A stretch of 64,000 bases of DNA from Candidatus Bathyarchaeota archaeon (GCA_963780185.1 CAWABA010000006.1:736001-800000); one strand, 5' to 3'. Positions 10,959-22,145 are shown, counted from the first letter of the stretch. Numbers and translations are program-made. Notes: generated from the sequence alone by a model not told the origin.

Positions 10959-11367
10959 TTTTTTGGCCCTCCAACTCTAATCTCATTTCTTGACTCTGAT
11001 TTAGTGAATCTGACTTAGCAATACTTGATATAAAACAATTCATAACACAGCCATATATCGGCGCAAAGCATGTGCGACCACTCCCAGCAGCATTCACCCC
11101 CAAAGTTCAAACATGAACCACGCAACCCCAATGGAAATTGCGGTACAAATTGCTCTTTTTCTACGAAAAATATTCCTTTAGTTTGGCAAGCTTAGACAAC
11201 TAATCCACAGATTTTGTCATAAGTCACACCGTGCTTTTTTTTGGAGGAATATGTTTAGCTCCTTGATTTTTTGTTTCATTTCTTGTTCGGTGAAAGAAAA
11301 TGAGTAGGGAATAGGCTAAAATAGGCTAAAATATATTCAAGCTAGAAATCAAACTAAGCGGATTGTC

Positions 11368-12163
11368 TTGGGGTTATCTCAAAAGCTTGGGCAGTTACGT
11401 AAAAGGGCACCACAATTAATAGCTATAGCCATCGTTGTTGCAGTTGTTCTTTACTTTGTTCTCGATATTTTGGATGACGTAGTTATCCAAGGCAATCCCG
11501 CGACAAGCGAGCCCCTAATTGGACTTGTCGTTTCTATAGTGAGCGGCGTCACCTCCACAGTGAAGGCGTTCGGGTACCCAGGCATCTTCGTGCTGATGTT
11601 TCTTGAAACCAGTTCGGTCCCTATTCCAAGCGAGGTCATTCTTCCTTTCGCGGGTTACTTGAGTTTCTCTGGGCAATTTAACGTTTATTTGGTCGTGGCA
11701 GTTTCGACATTTGCAGGGATATTTGGTGCATTAATTGACTACTACATTGGGCTAAAAGGCGTCGAATCCCTCATCAAGCATAAGATATTGGGAAAAGTCA
11801 TTCTGTCAACAGGTCAACTTCAAGTGGCGGAGAAATGGTTTGACAAACATGGCAGCATTGTTGTTTTTGCAAGCCGACTAATCCCTGGTTTTAGAACAAC
11901 CTTTTCTTTTCCCGCAGGAGCAGCAAAGATGCCACTAAAAAAATTCCTCGCTTACACTACCGCAGGTTGTCTCCTGTGGAACGCTATTCTGGTTTACTTG
12001 GGCTGGTATTTGGGTCAGAATTGGAAAGAGGTTGCGGGAATATCCCGTTACTTTATTCTAGGCATCAGTAGCCGCGGTTGTGATTTTGGTTGTCGGATAC
12101 TTGCTCGTTAGACGAAGAAATATGCGTAAACAAAAACTGTTGCCAGCGCAAACGGGCGTTTAG
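11368..12163 (+). CDS. DedA family membrane protein (frameshift near 12060)
   Basis: FLETSSVPIPSEVILPFAGY, SRLIPGFRT, PAGAAKM; the last TM helix continues in another frame to TAG at 12163. Confidence 0.9.
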
Positions 12164-13185
12164 ATTAGTTTTGTTATTTTCGGTTTCACTTCGCCTTTTA
12201 ACCCGAGGGCTTTTGCTTCCGTAACCTGCAGCATACAGTCGACACTTGAAGCGTCATTGAATGTTTTGTAATCCACCGTTTCGAGGAAGGCGCCGTCGAT
12301 TGAAACTGCTGAATCTGAAGCGAAGATTCCGACGTCTTTCATGACGGGTTCGCCTGGCATCGGTAAGCAGTCGCAGTTTGCAGTGATATCTTTGGCAAAG
12401 CTGACGAACGACACTTTCTTCGGCTTAAAGGTTGATAGAACCCCGTAGGCAGCTGAGGCGAGCGCCTTGCAGAAATCCGCCTGGTCTACGAAGCTTATGG
12501 CTTCCATTGGGCAAGCGTGCTTGCACATTGGGCAACGCATACACAGAGCTGAAGTGTTGTGTGCTTTTCCCTCAATAATATCAGGCAAATGGAGCGCGCA
12601 AGCGGCTTTGCATTTGCCGCAGCCAATGCATTTGGAAGTGTCTATTTCTAGCCCCACTACCCGATGTTGCCTGAGTTTTCCAGTTCTTGGCGTGCAGCCC
12701 ATGCCGAGGTTTTTTATGGCGCCGCCGAAACCGCTGAGTTCATGACCCTTGTCATGCGTGACAACAATCATGGCGTCGGCTTCCGCAATCATACCTGACA
12801 CCTCGATCTCGTGTAGGATGCCTTTGGTTGGAACAATTCGGAAATTTTCGCTTTTTAAGCCGTCAGCTGGGAAGAAGGGCGCCATGTTGAACCCGTTTGT
12901 CAACGCATTCATCGTGTGGTCGTAGCCGTTGCTGCGTTGGCCACCGTAGAGAGTGCTTGAGTCGGTGATGAAGGGTTTTCCGCCTGCTTCCTTAACCCTG
13001 CGCGCTATGTCGTTGACAAAAAAAGGCTGAACATAATACGGGTTGCCAAGCTCACCTACATGCAGCTTGATGGCTACGAGGTCGCCTTTCTGTACGCAGT
13101 CAAAGGTGCCTGCTTCTTCGTAGAGGCGGTTAGCCTCCTCCAACAAGTTACGAGATGGGTCCCAAGGAACTAAATGAACCGCCAT
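12160..13185 (-). CDS. DUF362 domain protein with 4Fe-4S dicluster
   Basis: VAIKLHVGE, KGHELSGFGGAIKNLGMGC, CIGCGKCKAAC and CMRCPMCKHACP, CDC. Confidence 0.9.
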   Translation of the reverse strand: MAVHLVPWDPSRNLLEEANRLYEEAGTFDCVQKGDLVAIKLHVGELGNPYYVQPFFVNDIARRVKEAGGKPFITDSSTLYGGQRSNGYDHTMNALTNGFNMAPFFPADGLKSENFRIVPTKGILHEIEVSGMIAEADAMIVVTHDKGHELSGFGGAIKNLGMGCTPRTGKLRQHRVVGLEIDTSKCIGCGKCKAACALHLPDIIEGKAHNTSALCMRCPMCKHACPMEAISFVDQADFCKALASAAYGVLSTFKPKKVSFVSFAKDITANCDCLPMPGEPVMKDVGIFASDSAVSIDGAFLETVDYKTFNDASSVDCMLQVTEAKALGLKGEVKPKITKLI

Positions 13186-13274
13186 GTAAAGAGTCTCCTG
13201 CCCAACTACCAGACAAAGAACCCGATATAAACTGGTCGGTGACTAATCGACAGTTGTTTTGTGTTTTTTCGTAG

Positions 13275-13330
13275 GGGCACCCGATAGGTAGGCAAAGCAT
13301 ATACGGAAAGACGGTACACTTTGACGGTAC
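13275..13330 (+). repeat. Copy C of conserved element: GGGCACCCGATAGG followed by GCATATAC, GACGGTAC, GACGGTAC at 13-bp spacing
   Basis: Core at 13275-13288, repeats at 13297, 13310, 13323; same geometry as copies A and B. Confidence 0.85.
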
Positions 13331-13344
13331 AGAGAGGCTTGTGT

Positions 13345-13683
13345 ATGCCTAAGGCAAGAAAAGGCTTCAGGTTCAACCCCCAAATCTACGACACCTTCCA
13401 AGAGTTAGCATCAAAAAACGGCTACACAGTGACAGCCGCTTTTGAAAAATTCATGTCCGACGCAATCAAGTACGGGCTATCCTTCCCATCAGACAAGAAC
13501 GCTGCTTTGGAAGCTGAAGCCCGCGTAATGTTGACCTGGCTTAAGGCGGGCAAATACTGGGTTAATCTGGGCGGCAAAGAAGAAACCAGCACCAGAGGAC
13601 GATTGCTGCAGTTGCTGCCGAAAATTGGTAGCGCCGAGCTGCGGAGAGATATCGAAGAAACGTTGAAAACCATGCCTAGTTAG
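13345..13683 (+). CDS. Small ribbon-helix-helix-like DNA-binding protein, paralog of 4223-4558
   Basis: N-terminal strand-helix-helix pattern KGFRFNPQIYDTFQELASKNGYTVTAAFEKFM; high identity to the paralog. Confidence 0.75.
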   Translation: MPKARKGFRFNPQIYDTFQELASKNGYTVTAAFEKFMSDAIKYGLSFPSDKNAALEAEARVMLTWLKAGKYWVNLGGKEETSTRGRLLQLLPKIGSAELRRDIEETLKTMPS

Positions 13684-13844
13684 TTCGGGCAGACGGCAAG
13701 ATTCTTGCCATGGGTTTCTCTTTGGATGGAGCGTAAATTGGGGATGGGATTGAACTTGTTTTTTCTTATTGTATGCTGATTTGTTTTTCCGAATGGAATA
13801 TACGCAGGCAGTCCATATCGGTATTTTCAAAGTTGTAGCACCCT

Positions 13845-14747
13845 ATGGGCAAGCTAGAATGTAACGGTTTATCAAAGGTTTACCAGGACCAACGCAAAGC
13901 GTTGGAAAACGTCACTTTCACAGTGGACACAAACGGCATCTTCGGCTTAATCGGCAGGAACGGCGCGGGAAAAACCACGCTCATCCGAATTTTAGCCACT
14001 GAACTTCAACCCACCGCTGGAACCGCAAGCATAAACGGTTTGGACATTCAAAAGCAGGAGGGAAAGCTTCGGGAAAGAATCGCGATTGTTCCGCAGGAAG
14101 CCCGCACTATTAGGTGGATGACGGCTAAGCAGATTGTTATGTCGTATCTTCTTTGGCGGGGTTACGGCTATGGTGAAGCGAAGAGGCTTGCTGATGAGTC
14201 ACTTGCTAAGCTTAACCTGCAAGAATTCGCAGATGTTTTGACCAGTCGACTTTCAGGTGGCACAAAACGGAAGGTTCTTCTGGCAACAGTGATGGCGTCT
14301 GAGGCAGATGTTATTTTTCTTGATGAGCCTACAACGGGTTTGGATCCGATTTCAAGAAGGGAACTTTGGGAAATCCTCAGGACTCTTGGTAAAGAACGTT
14401 TTATTTTTCTTACGACACATTACTTGGAAGAGGCAGAGGAGCTTGCGGACAAAATTGGTATTCTAAAAGATGGACAGCTAATTTCCGTCGGAACTCTTTC
14501 GGAGATTAGAAAAACTTCAAAATACCAGTACAGCATTAAATTGCCGCTTAAGGCGCCAGTTCCAGCGGTGAACGACGGTGAAGTAACCACAGAAGCGCAT
14601 GGATGCACTCAGATAATGACCAACGAAAACGAAGCTTTCCGCATAGCCAAACTGCTGTCTGAACAGGGAATCAAGTTCTCAATCAACCCCGTGACTTTGG
14701 ACGACATTTTCTTCTCTCTTGTGGGTGAAAAAGCGAGGGACGAATAG
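13845..14747 (+). CDS. ABC transporter ATP-binding protein
   Basis: GRNGAGKTT, LSGGTKRK, FLDEPT, TTHYLEEA. Confidence 0.95.
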   Translation: MGKLECNGLSKVYQDQRKALENVTFTVDTNGIFGLIGRNGAGKTTLIRILATELQPTAGTASINGLDIQKQEGKLRERIAIVPQEARTIRWMTAKQIVMSYLLWRGYGYGEAKRLADESLAKLNLQEFADVLTSRLSGGTKRKVLLATVMASEADVIFLDEPTTGLDPISRRELWEILRTLGKERFIFLTTHYLEEAEELADKIGILKDGQLISVGTLSEIRKTSKYQYSIKLPLKAPVPAVNDGEVTTEAHGCTQIMTNENEAFRIAKLLSEQGIKFSINPVTLDDIFFSLVGEKARDE

Positions 14748-15490
14748 TGAAACGCAACAAACTCAGCCAAATCCTCGCAGGGGTACTTGTAAACGCCGTC
14801 TACGAAATGAAAAATTACCCCATCGTCTTAATCAGCACCGTTATCTCCCCGCTTTCCCTTTTAGCAGTCGTCACCTTTGTGAGTAAAGGCAGCCTTTTCG
14901 GAACAGCCATCGAAGGCGGCTTAATCATGACTTTTTTCTCCAGCGGCATCGCACTACAATCTGACCTATCCCACTTGAAAAACGACTTTAAACTGCAGGA
15001 TATGGTTGTCAGTTCCCCTACGACTGCACGAGTCTACATGGGCGGGATGGCTCTTGCAGAAATCGTCTACTCTCTGCCAAGCATAGCCATTTTGGTCGCT
15101 TTAACGGGCATCTACCTGCATCCTTCCCTTCTTCAAATTGCAATCTTATCCATTGTCCTCTTAGTGATGTTCGCGATTTCAGTGGCGTTAGGTTTCATGT
15201 TATCAACTTTCTCAGCCGACGTAGTTCAAAGCTACGCGTTTTCCAGGCTGCTATCCCTGCTGTTTGCGACGTTGCCCCCAGTCTACTACCCGATAACTTA
15301 CATTCCGTCGCCATTCAACTACCTCGCTTACCTGTCGCCGACCACGTATGCAGCGGAAATCATGCATTCTGCAACGGGTTACCTGAAAATTTCTCTGAAT
15401 TTGCTCATTTTCGATTGGGTTGTACTATTGGCGGTAGGCGGAGTTATCCTTTTTATCGCGGTAAAGAAGACCAGATGGAAAGACGTGTAA
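14747..15490 (+). CDS. ABC-2 type permease
   Basis: Six TM segments, PVYYP...PTTYA motif. Confidence 0.9.
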   Translation: MKRNKLSQILAGVLVNAVYEMKNYPIVLISTVISPLSLLAVVTFVSKGSLFGTAIEGGLIMTFFSSGIALQSDLSHLKNDFKLQDMVVSSPTTARVYMGGMALAEIVYSLPSIAILVALTGIYLHPSLLQIAILSIVLLVMFAISVALGFMLSTFSADVVQSYAFSRLLSLLFATLPPVYYPITYIPSPFNYLAYLSPTTYAAEIMHSATGYLKISLNLLIFDWVVLLAVGGVILFIAVKKTRWKDV

Positions 15491-15492
15491 AC

Positions 15493-15744
15493 CTAATATT
15501 TTTTTCCATCGGCAAGTTTCTTGCCAATCTCAGCGACATCGGCTTCGCTGTCCGCTAAAATGTTGATCCACAGTTCAAACTCGGCTTTCGAAATTTCTTT
15601 TTGGATAACGCCTTTTTGGTCGCCTGAAAAAAACCTTGAGGACCCAGTGGAAAAAAGTTTGACGTAGAAGATTCTGTCGGCTATTGTGATTTTTGAGGAG
15701 CAGCCTGCCTTTTCTCCTGCGCAGTAGTTAACCTCGTATGGCAT
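15493..15744 (-). CDS. Hypothetical protein
   Basis: 83-aa ATG ORF with TATA-like TTTAAG upstream. Confidence 0.6.
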   Translation of the reverse strand: MPYEVNYCAGEKAGCSSKITIADRIFYVKLFSTGSSRFFSGDQKGVIQKEISKAEFELWINILADSEADVAEIGKKLADGKKY

Positions 15745-15923
15745 GTTTGAACCCGTCTTTGAGAAGCGCTGGTTTGTTACTTAAATTTTCTCTTTTGAAA
15801 GCATCCACCTTGCCAATTCAAATTTAATTTTTGGCTATAGATTCTATATAGTTTATCAAGTGAATCTCTATAGGAGCCTTCATGCTTTCACATGGTTGAA
15901 CATGTGGAAGAGGTGAAAAAAGA

Positions 15924-16097
15924 ATGCTATCACGAGACTGCGACGGCTGCACCAAACTCAGAGAATGCAGCGTCCGCTACAAAAAAGCCCTCAGAGGAGA
16001 CAAGGTTTACTGCCCCGACGGAACAGCGCACTTGATTGACAGCTCCAGCGTAAATCAAAGTGAAGATTTAGTGTGCTTCTTTGAAGCGTTTCAATAA
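15924..16097 (+). CDS. 57-aa Cys-rich small protein (not in the ORF track)
   Basis: MLSRDCDGCTKLRECSVRYKKALRGDKVYCPDGTAHLID...; SD GAGGTGA upstream; CxxC-x5-C...C-x5-H. Confidence 0.65.
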   Translation: MLSRDCDGCTKLRECSVRYKKALRGDKVYCPDGTAHLIDSSSVNQSEDLVCFFEAFQ

Positions 16098-16283
16098 TGC
16101 GAATAACCAAAAAAGCCTGAAAGGCTGCTAATCATGGATTGGCAGGTATTTATTTTTGGTATTTCGATTTTTTTCTTGGTTTTGTTTGGTCAACCATGTT
16201 TTTTATATAGTAAAACTCCATATAATATATAGTCTATATAGAGACACCTAATATAATTAGGCTGTCATAGAAAGCATATTGAC

Positions 16284-17342
16284 GTGTCCGCATTGACTAC
16301 GGAAGTTCAGAAACAAAACGAGGAGCAACGCAAGCTCCAAGTAACCGGTGGATCAACATTCATTCTTTCTCTTCCCAAAGAGTGGGCAATCCGAAACGAG
16401 CTTAAAAGAGGAAGCTCAATGGTTGTCCGCGAGGAAGACGACGGATCCCTTTGCGTTGCGCCTTCAAAATTTGCAAAAAAAGAAAAACAAGACGAAGCCT
16501 ACATCAAAGCCTCGGTAAGCGATAACCCTGACGCCATCATGAGAACGGCGATTTCGGCTTATTTAAGCGGCTACAACATTTTGCATATTAAGCCGCCTAA
16601 CCAAAAAGTGCTCTCATCCAAAGTTCGAAATCACCTGAAGACTTTTGCAAGGCATTATCTAGTCGGCACAGAAATCGTTATTGACACGCCGACGGAATTG
16701 ACGCTTCAAGTGCTACTTAATTACCCTGAGCTCACGGTTCAGAACGCGTTGAGTCGAATGTCAATAATTGCTTCATCCATGCATAAGGAAGCCTTGACGG
16801 CGCTCAAAAAACTGGATTATTCAGCGGCAAAATCCGTAATTGAAACAGACCGCGAAGTAAACCGTTTTGGGCTCTACATTGTTAGGCTTCTCAAGTTGGC
16901 TGTTTCAAACCCGCGGATCGTAAAAGAAATCGGGTTAAACTCTCAGAGAGACTGCTTGGGTTATAGGCTTATTGCGAAAGCCGTTGAGAGGACCGCGGAT
17001 CACGCGACCAAAATCGCTGAAAACACGATGAGCCTAAAAGAGCAGGTGCCCGCAGAGGTTTCGGAAAAGATAAGTGAACTCAGCGGTTTGGCTATATTGA
17101 TGTTTGAGAATTCCATGGACGCCTTGTTCAGACGCGACTTTAACCTGGCTGAAAACGTCATCGAAAGAATAAATCAGGTGCATAAACTGGAGAAGGAAAC
17201 CGTGCTTTCCATGCAAAACATCAAAACTGAAGACGCCGTGAACCTGAGATTGGCAATTGAAAGCGTGCGAAGAACAGCAGAATACGCCAGCGACATTTCA
17301 GAAGTCGTCCTAAACTTAAACGTCGAATCGGTACTGGGATAA
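16284..17342 (+). CDS. Archaeal phosphate uptake regulator (AbrB/SpoVT N-terminus plus two PhoU domains)
   Basis: RKLQVTGGSTFILSLPKEWA; DREVNRF...ERTADHA; ESVRRTAEYASDI. Confidence 0.92.
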   Translation: MSALTTEVQKQNEEQRKLQVTGGSTFILSLPKEWAIRNELKRGSSMVVREEDDGSLCVAPSKFAKKEKQDEAYIKASVSDNPDAIMRTAISAYLSGYNILHIKPPNQKVLSSKVRNHLKTFARHYLVGTEIVIDTPTELTLQVLLNYPELTVQNALSRMSIIASSMHKEALTALKKLDYSAAKSVIETDREVNRFGLYIVRLLKLAVSNPRIVKEIGLNSQRDCLGYRLIAKAVERTADHATKIAENTMSLKEQVPAEVSEKISELSGLAILMFENSMDALFRRDFNLAENVIERINQVHKLEKETVLSMQNIKTEDAVNLRLAIESVRRTAEYASDISEVVLNLNVESVLG

Positions 17343-17445
17343 TTCTCTAAACTTTTTCCCTCACCTTTTAGGGTGACCACTTCTTTTTTTGGGATTGAAA
17401 AGGAGTGGGGTTGCCGATTTGTTTGGCAAATTTTCTTTTCGATTT

Positions 17446-18111
17446 TTACCGTAGCGTTACTTTTTCGCCTGTTGCGATGTAGACGACGGCTTCCATGATG
17501 TGCATGGCGTGGTTGGCGATGCGTTCAAGGTACCTTACAACGAGGACGCTGGAGATTGTGCATTCGTTGGTGACGGCTGCCCGCTCGACAAGTTTATCCA
17601 GAAACTCGAAGTAAGTTTTGTCTACTGCGGATTCTTCTTCAGTCATGCTCTTGACAAGTACAGGATCTAAACGTTTGAGTGAGTTGATGCTTACCCGGAC
17701 CATTTCGAGGACTCTTTCAGCCATTTTTTTGATGTATTCAAATATCCATTCGTCGCAGTTGGCGGTTTTTCCGTTGAAACGGGAGGAGACGAAGGATATG
17801 TCCCAGGCGTATCTGCCGAAGCGTTCGAAGTCGTAGGCTACTTTCATGTAAGAGTTTATTATTCGCAGGTCGGAGGCAACAGGCTGATACTTAGCGATTA
17901 GGCTGAAGGCTTTTTCTTCCACTTCCACGGCTCTGTTTACAAGAATTTCCGAGAGTTCATGGACGTCTTTTGTGAAGTCTCTGCCTTCGACAAAGCCGTT
18001 TATTGACGCGGACAGGGCTTTCTCTGCAACCCCGCCCATCTTAAAAACCATCACGGTCAATTCTTCTAATCCAGCATCAATTAGTCTTTCCATATTGTTC
18101 ACCTTATCCAA
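17446..18111 (-). CDS. phoU: Phosphate transport regulator PhoU
   Basis: [25 protein letters not shown]; follows pstB. Confidence 0.93.
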   Translation of the reverse strand: MDKVNNMERLIDAGLEELTVMVFKMGGVAEKALSASINGFVEGRDFTKDVHELSEILVNRAVEVEEKAFSLIAKYQPVASDLRIINSYMKVAYDFERFGRYAWDISFVSSRFNGKTANCDEWIFEYIKKMAERVLEMVRVSINSLKRLDPVLVKSMTEEESAVDKTYFEFLDKLVERAAVTNECTISSVLVVRYLERIANHAMHIMEAVVYIATGEKVTLR

Positions 18112-18910
18112 ATTTCCCTGTTATGTATTTTTCGGTTAACTCGCTTTTCGGGTTCTCAAACACTGCCGATGTTTCGCCGAATTCTTCTAGTTTTCCAATG
18201 TACATGAATGCGGTGTAGTCTGATATGCGCGCAGCTTGCTGCAGGTTGTGAGTAACAATGACTACCGTGAACTCCTTCTTTAACTGAACAATTGATTCCT
18301 CAACCTTGGCAGTTGCCGTCGGGTCAAGAGCGGAACAAGGCTCATCCATAAGGATAACTTCAGGCTCAACCGCGAGAGCCCGTGCGATGCACAGCCTCTG
18401 TTGCTGTCCACCCGACAGAGCAGTTCCAGGCTTCTTTAAGTCACACTTGACTTCATCCCAAAGAAACGCCATTCGAAGACTCTTTTCCGCCAGTTCGTTT
18501 AGCTTTTGTTTATCTCTTACACCGTTTAGCTTCAGACCGGCTACCACGTTATCGTAAATAGACATTGTAGGAAAAGGATTGGCTTTTTGGAAAACCATGC
18601 CTATTCGTCTGCGAATCGCAACTGGATCAACTTGGGGCGCGTAAATGTTTTCCCCATCCAAAATAACTTCGCCTTCGACTTTTGCATTTGGAGTTAACTC
18701 ATGAATCCGGTTGAGGCATCTAATCAAGGTAGTTTTTCCGCATCCTGAAGGACCCATAATGGCAGTTACCTTATTTTGCGGGAAGCTCAAATTGATCCCC
18801 TTCAGAACTTCTACTTTGCCAAATTTAGCTCTCAAATCTTTTGTTGACAGCTTAACTGTCGATGAATCCAGATCTTTATATTTACTTATTATAAATTGGC
18901 CCCCTAACAT
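18104..18910 (-). CDS. pstB: Phosphate ABC transporter ATPase
   Basis: [50 protein letters not shown]. Confidence 0.97.
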   Translation of the reverse strand: MLGGQFIISKYKDLDSSTVKLSTKDLRAKFGKVEVLKGINLSFPQNKVTAIMGPSGCGKTTLIRCLNRIHELTPNAKVEGEVILDGENIYAPQVDPVAIRRRIGMVFQKANPFPTMSIYDNVVAGLKLNGVRDKQKLNELAEKSLRMAFLWDEVKCDLKKPGTALSGGQQQRLCIARALAVEPEVILMDEPCSALDPTATAKVEESIVQLKKEFTVVIVTHNLQQAARISDYTAFMYIGKLEEFGETSAVFENPKSELTEKYITGKFG

Positions 18911-18948
18911 GATTCTTTATGCATCCTATTGAATTTTTAGTCGTCATC

Positions 18949-19830
18949 CTACGTCTCCATCCTTGTTTTTGTTAGATTTCTTCCTATAGTAAGCTTGACC
19001 AAAAGATTCAGTGCAAGCATAACGATTATCAGCATTAATGCAGCTCCCCACGCCTGAGTTATCCAATTCGGAACCGAAGAAAGAGCATAATTGTAAATAA
19101 GAACCGTTAGTGAAGCTGTTGGCTGATTTAGATTTTTCACAAACAGAGTGCTTGTAGCCGCGGTAAATAGTAATGGAGCTGTTTCTCCCGCCGCCCGCGC
19201 CGTCGCTAACAGTATGCCAGTTAAGACGCCGTTTTTCCCTGTGGTTAAAACGATTCTAAGCACGGTTTTCCATCTTGGAATTCCAAGAGCCATCGAGGCT
19301 TCTCTTAGCGTGTTTGGGACAAGCTTTAGCGATTCGCTTGTTGTCCGCGCTATAATGGGAGTCATTATAAGACTCAGTGCGAAACCGCCTGCATAAGCCG
19401 AATTTTGATGTGGATTTGTATTCAAAACTATTATAATGTAAACGAACAGCCCCAACACCATTGTGGGAAAACCAGTAAGCACATCATTCAAGAAACCTGA
19501 AACCGTGGAAAGTTTAGATGTTGACCATTCTGAAAAGAAGATGCCTGCTCCAACACCTATCGGTACCGAGATAAGGGCGGCTAACCCCACCATAATAACA
19601 GATCCTTCTATTGCTGGGGCTATTCCTCCGCCTGGGAGGTTTGGTGCGGTAGGCTTCTTGGTCAGGAAGTCTATGTTTATGGCTGGGGCGCCTTTTATGA
19701 TTACGTCTCCCAGTATGAGTATTAGGGGTACTAGGGCAAGAACTACAGCCACCAGCACTAAGATTGTCATTGATTTGTTAGTAATTTTTCGCCGCAGTGA
19801 AATATTCGCTGGAAGGCTAGATTTTGTCAT
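18949..19830 (-). CDS. pstA: Phosphate ABC transporter permease PstA
   Basis: LREASMALG, ARAAGETAPLL. Confidence 0.95.
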   Translation of the reverse strand: MTKSSLPANISLRRKITNKSMTILVLVAVVLALVPLILILGDVIIKGAPAINIDFLTKKPTAPNLPGGGIAPAIEGSVIMVGLAALISVPIGVGAGIFFSEWSTSKLSTVSGFLNDVLTGFPTMVLGLFVYIIIVLNTNPHQNSAYAGGFALSLIMTPIIARTTSESLKLVPNTLREASMALGIPRWKTVLRIVLTTGKNGVLTGILLATARAAGETAPLLFTAATSTLFVKNLNQPTASLTVLIYNYALSSVPNWITQAWGAALMLIIVMLALNLLVKLTIGRNLTKTRMET

Positions 19831-19845
19831 TTACCGTAGCACCTC

Positions 19846-20776
19846 TCAAACTTTGACCTGTTGTCCACGAGTCATCCTCCAAAGCAAAACTCGAGCAACA
19901 ACGTTAACTAATAAAGCAACAGCAAACAGGATTAATGCTATTTCAATTATAGAAGATTCGATAAAGCCCTGTAGACTCGCCAAATTCATTTGCGATTAGC
20001 GACGACAAGGTGTATCCTGTAGAAAACAAATTGGGAGTAATGTTAGGAATGTTGCCTATTACCATGACCACAGCCATTGTTTCTCCGAAGGCACGTCCGA
20101 GCCCCAAAATGAATCCGCCAAATATACCTGACCGAGCATAGGGCAAAACGCTTTTCCACGTGACTTCCCAGTCTGTAGCACCAAGCGAGTACATCGCTTC
20201 ACGCTGACTGTTTGGAACAGCATTTAAAACATCTCTAGAAACTGCCGACATTGTCGGAATAATCATTATGGCTAGCACGATTCCAGCGCTAAAAAAATTG
20301 AAACCCGAAGGATTACGCCCCGCGAATAATGGGATGAAACCTAAATAGTGATTCAGGGGCCTTTCTAGATATGTACGCAAGAGGGGAACCAAAACAAATA
20401 CTCCCCATAAACCGAAAACAACACTGGGAACAGCTGCTAGTAGGTCTACAATTGTTCCCAATGAGTAACCAAGGGTTTGGTGGGCTTTTAGCTTCTCTGT
20501 TATAAAGATAGCTACGCCCAAGCTAATGGGGAATCCAACTAAAATGGCGATCCCCGATGTAACTAAGGTTCCGTAAATAAAAGGTAAAGCACCAAACTGG
20601 TTCTTATCTGAGTTCCATTTTGTTCCGACCAGAAATTTTGGTCCGAACTGGAATATTGAGGGCTCCGCGATATGATACAGCTCAACTGCAAGTGCAACAA
20701 CAAGAGCCACAATGAATAAGGCTGCAGCTGCGAGAAGGATTTTTAGTATTGTATCTCCGCGCAGTCTTAACTGCAA
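19846..20776 (-). CDS. pstC: Phosphate ABC transporter permease PstC (frameshift near 19960)
   Basis: LLAAVPSVVFGLWG, GRAFGETMAV, IANEF; last TM helix IALILFAVALLVNVVAR in another frame, ending at TGA 19846. Confidence 0.95.
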
Positions 20777-20837
20777 CTTTTCTATCCTCAGTATTTTTCG
20801 TTAATTTCAAAAAAATAGGGGTAGATTGCTTTTATAT

Positions 20838-22145
20838 CTACTTAAATGGCGTTCCGTTGTAGGTTACCAAGTGGAGTGCTGCGTTGTCAATGGCGACTAT
20901 GCTGGCGGGCAATGGAACGTATCCTTCACTTATCCCCAATGATTGGCCTGAGTTCACGATCCACGAGAAGAAGTCGACTAAAGCTGCGCCTTGGGCTTGG
21001 TTGGTTTGCACTTCATAGACCAAACCGTATGTCAATGTAACAATTGGGTATATGCTGGTGTCGGTTGTATCTTTGTATGTGTTGTCAATTATAGAAACAC
21101 CTGTCCATGAGGCGCTCCCCGCTGGAAGACTTGTTGCACCTGCTGCAAGCGTGGCACCTATGTTTGCATTGTTAGCTAAGATGTAATTGCCTGCAGCGTT
21201 TGCAACCGTTCCGTAGAAGAGCGTGGTTTGGCCTGGATTTTCAAGTATGTAGGAGATTTCAAGTGGGCCGATTGCGCCTGTGATTTCGCCAATGTCTGTT
21301 GCTACACCTGCGTTTTTGGTTCCTTCTTGCTCGCCTGGAAGAGATGGCCAGATTGATGCGCTTGTACTTGGCGCTCCAACGGATGTTGCCCAAGCAGTGC
21401 TTGTGTCATACAGGTAATCGGTGAAGGCGAACATGGTTCCGCTTGAGTCAGCTCGGTGAACGCAAGTTATCGACAAATTAGGTAATGTTGTTCCTGGGTT
21501 GATGTGTGCAAGTTGGGGGTCGTTCCAATTGGTTATGTTGCCCATGAAGATTTGTGCTAGAATAGGTCCTGTAAAGTTTAGAGTTGGAGTAGAGGCGCCT
21601 TCTCCAAGATTGTATGCTGGCACTACTGCGCTGGCAGTTAACGGAATGGTTAGGCAAGTTTGCCCTGAAGGCACAGCTGCGTACTGGGCTGCTGTTAGTG
21701 GTGCGTCCGATTCGCCGAAGTTGCCTATTCCATTATTTATGAAAGCGGTAATTCCTGCACCGCTTCCAACGGCATTGTAGGTAATTGAAATTTGGGGTTC
21801 GACTTGTGTGCTATATTGGTTTTCCCATGTTTGCATGAGTGGGTAGACAAGTGTACCTCCGTTTCCAGTTAGTGATGCTGACGCTAGTGGTGCTGGCGTT
21901 GGAGTTGGAGTTGGAGCGGGAGTTGGGGTGGGAGTTGGAGTTGGAGTAGCGGTAGGTCCTGAAGTTGGAGAGCTTGTTGGTTTCGCGGTTGGCGAAGTTG
22001 AAGGTGAGCCCGTTGGGGTTGCCGTTGGGCTTGGACTTGGGCCTGGCTTGTTTGAATTTGAAGATAGGTATGTGTAAGCGAATACGCTGCCTATTATTAT
22101 AACGATAACAACTACTGCAATGGTTATCATGTATGTAGTTTTCAT
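20838..22145 (-). CDS. pstS: Phosphate-binding protein PstS with N-terminal anchor and Pro/Thr linker
   Basis: GGTLVYP, VGSGAG, GESDAPL, HRADSSGT, YPI, GYVPLP. Confidence 0.95.
   Translation of the reverse strand: MKTTYMITIAVVVIVIIIGSVFAYTYLSSNSNKPGPSPSPTATPTGSPSTSPTAKPTSSPTSGPTATPTPTPTPTPAPTPTPTPAPLASASLTGNGGTLVYPLMQTWENQYSTQVEPQISITYNAVGSGAGITAFINNGIGNFGESDAPLTAAQYAAVPSGQTCLTIPLTASAVVPAYNLGEGASTPTLNFTGPILAQIFMGNITNWNDPQLAHINPGTTLPNLSITCVHRADSSGTMFAFTDYLYDTSTAWATSVGAPSTSASIWPSLPGEQEGTKNAGVATDIGEITGAIGPLEISYILENPGQTTLFYGTVANAAGNYILANNANIGATLAAGATSLPAGSASWTGVSIIDNTYKDTTDTSIYPIVTLTYGLVYEVQTNQAQGAALVDFFSWIVNSGQSLGISEGYVPLPASIVAIDNAALHLVTYNGTPFK

Noticed and set aside
11311-11332. ATAGGCTAAA tandem duplication upstream of DedA
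   Set aside because: A single 10-bp duplication with no other support; could be slippage or an assembly artefact.
21890-22045. GGAGTT-like tandem repeats
   Set aside because: They encode the Pro/Thr linker of PstS.
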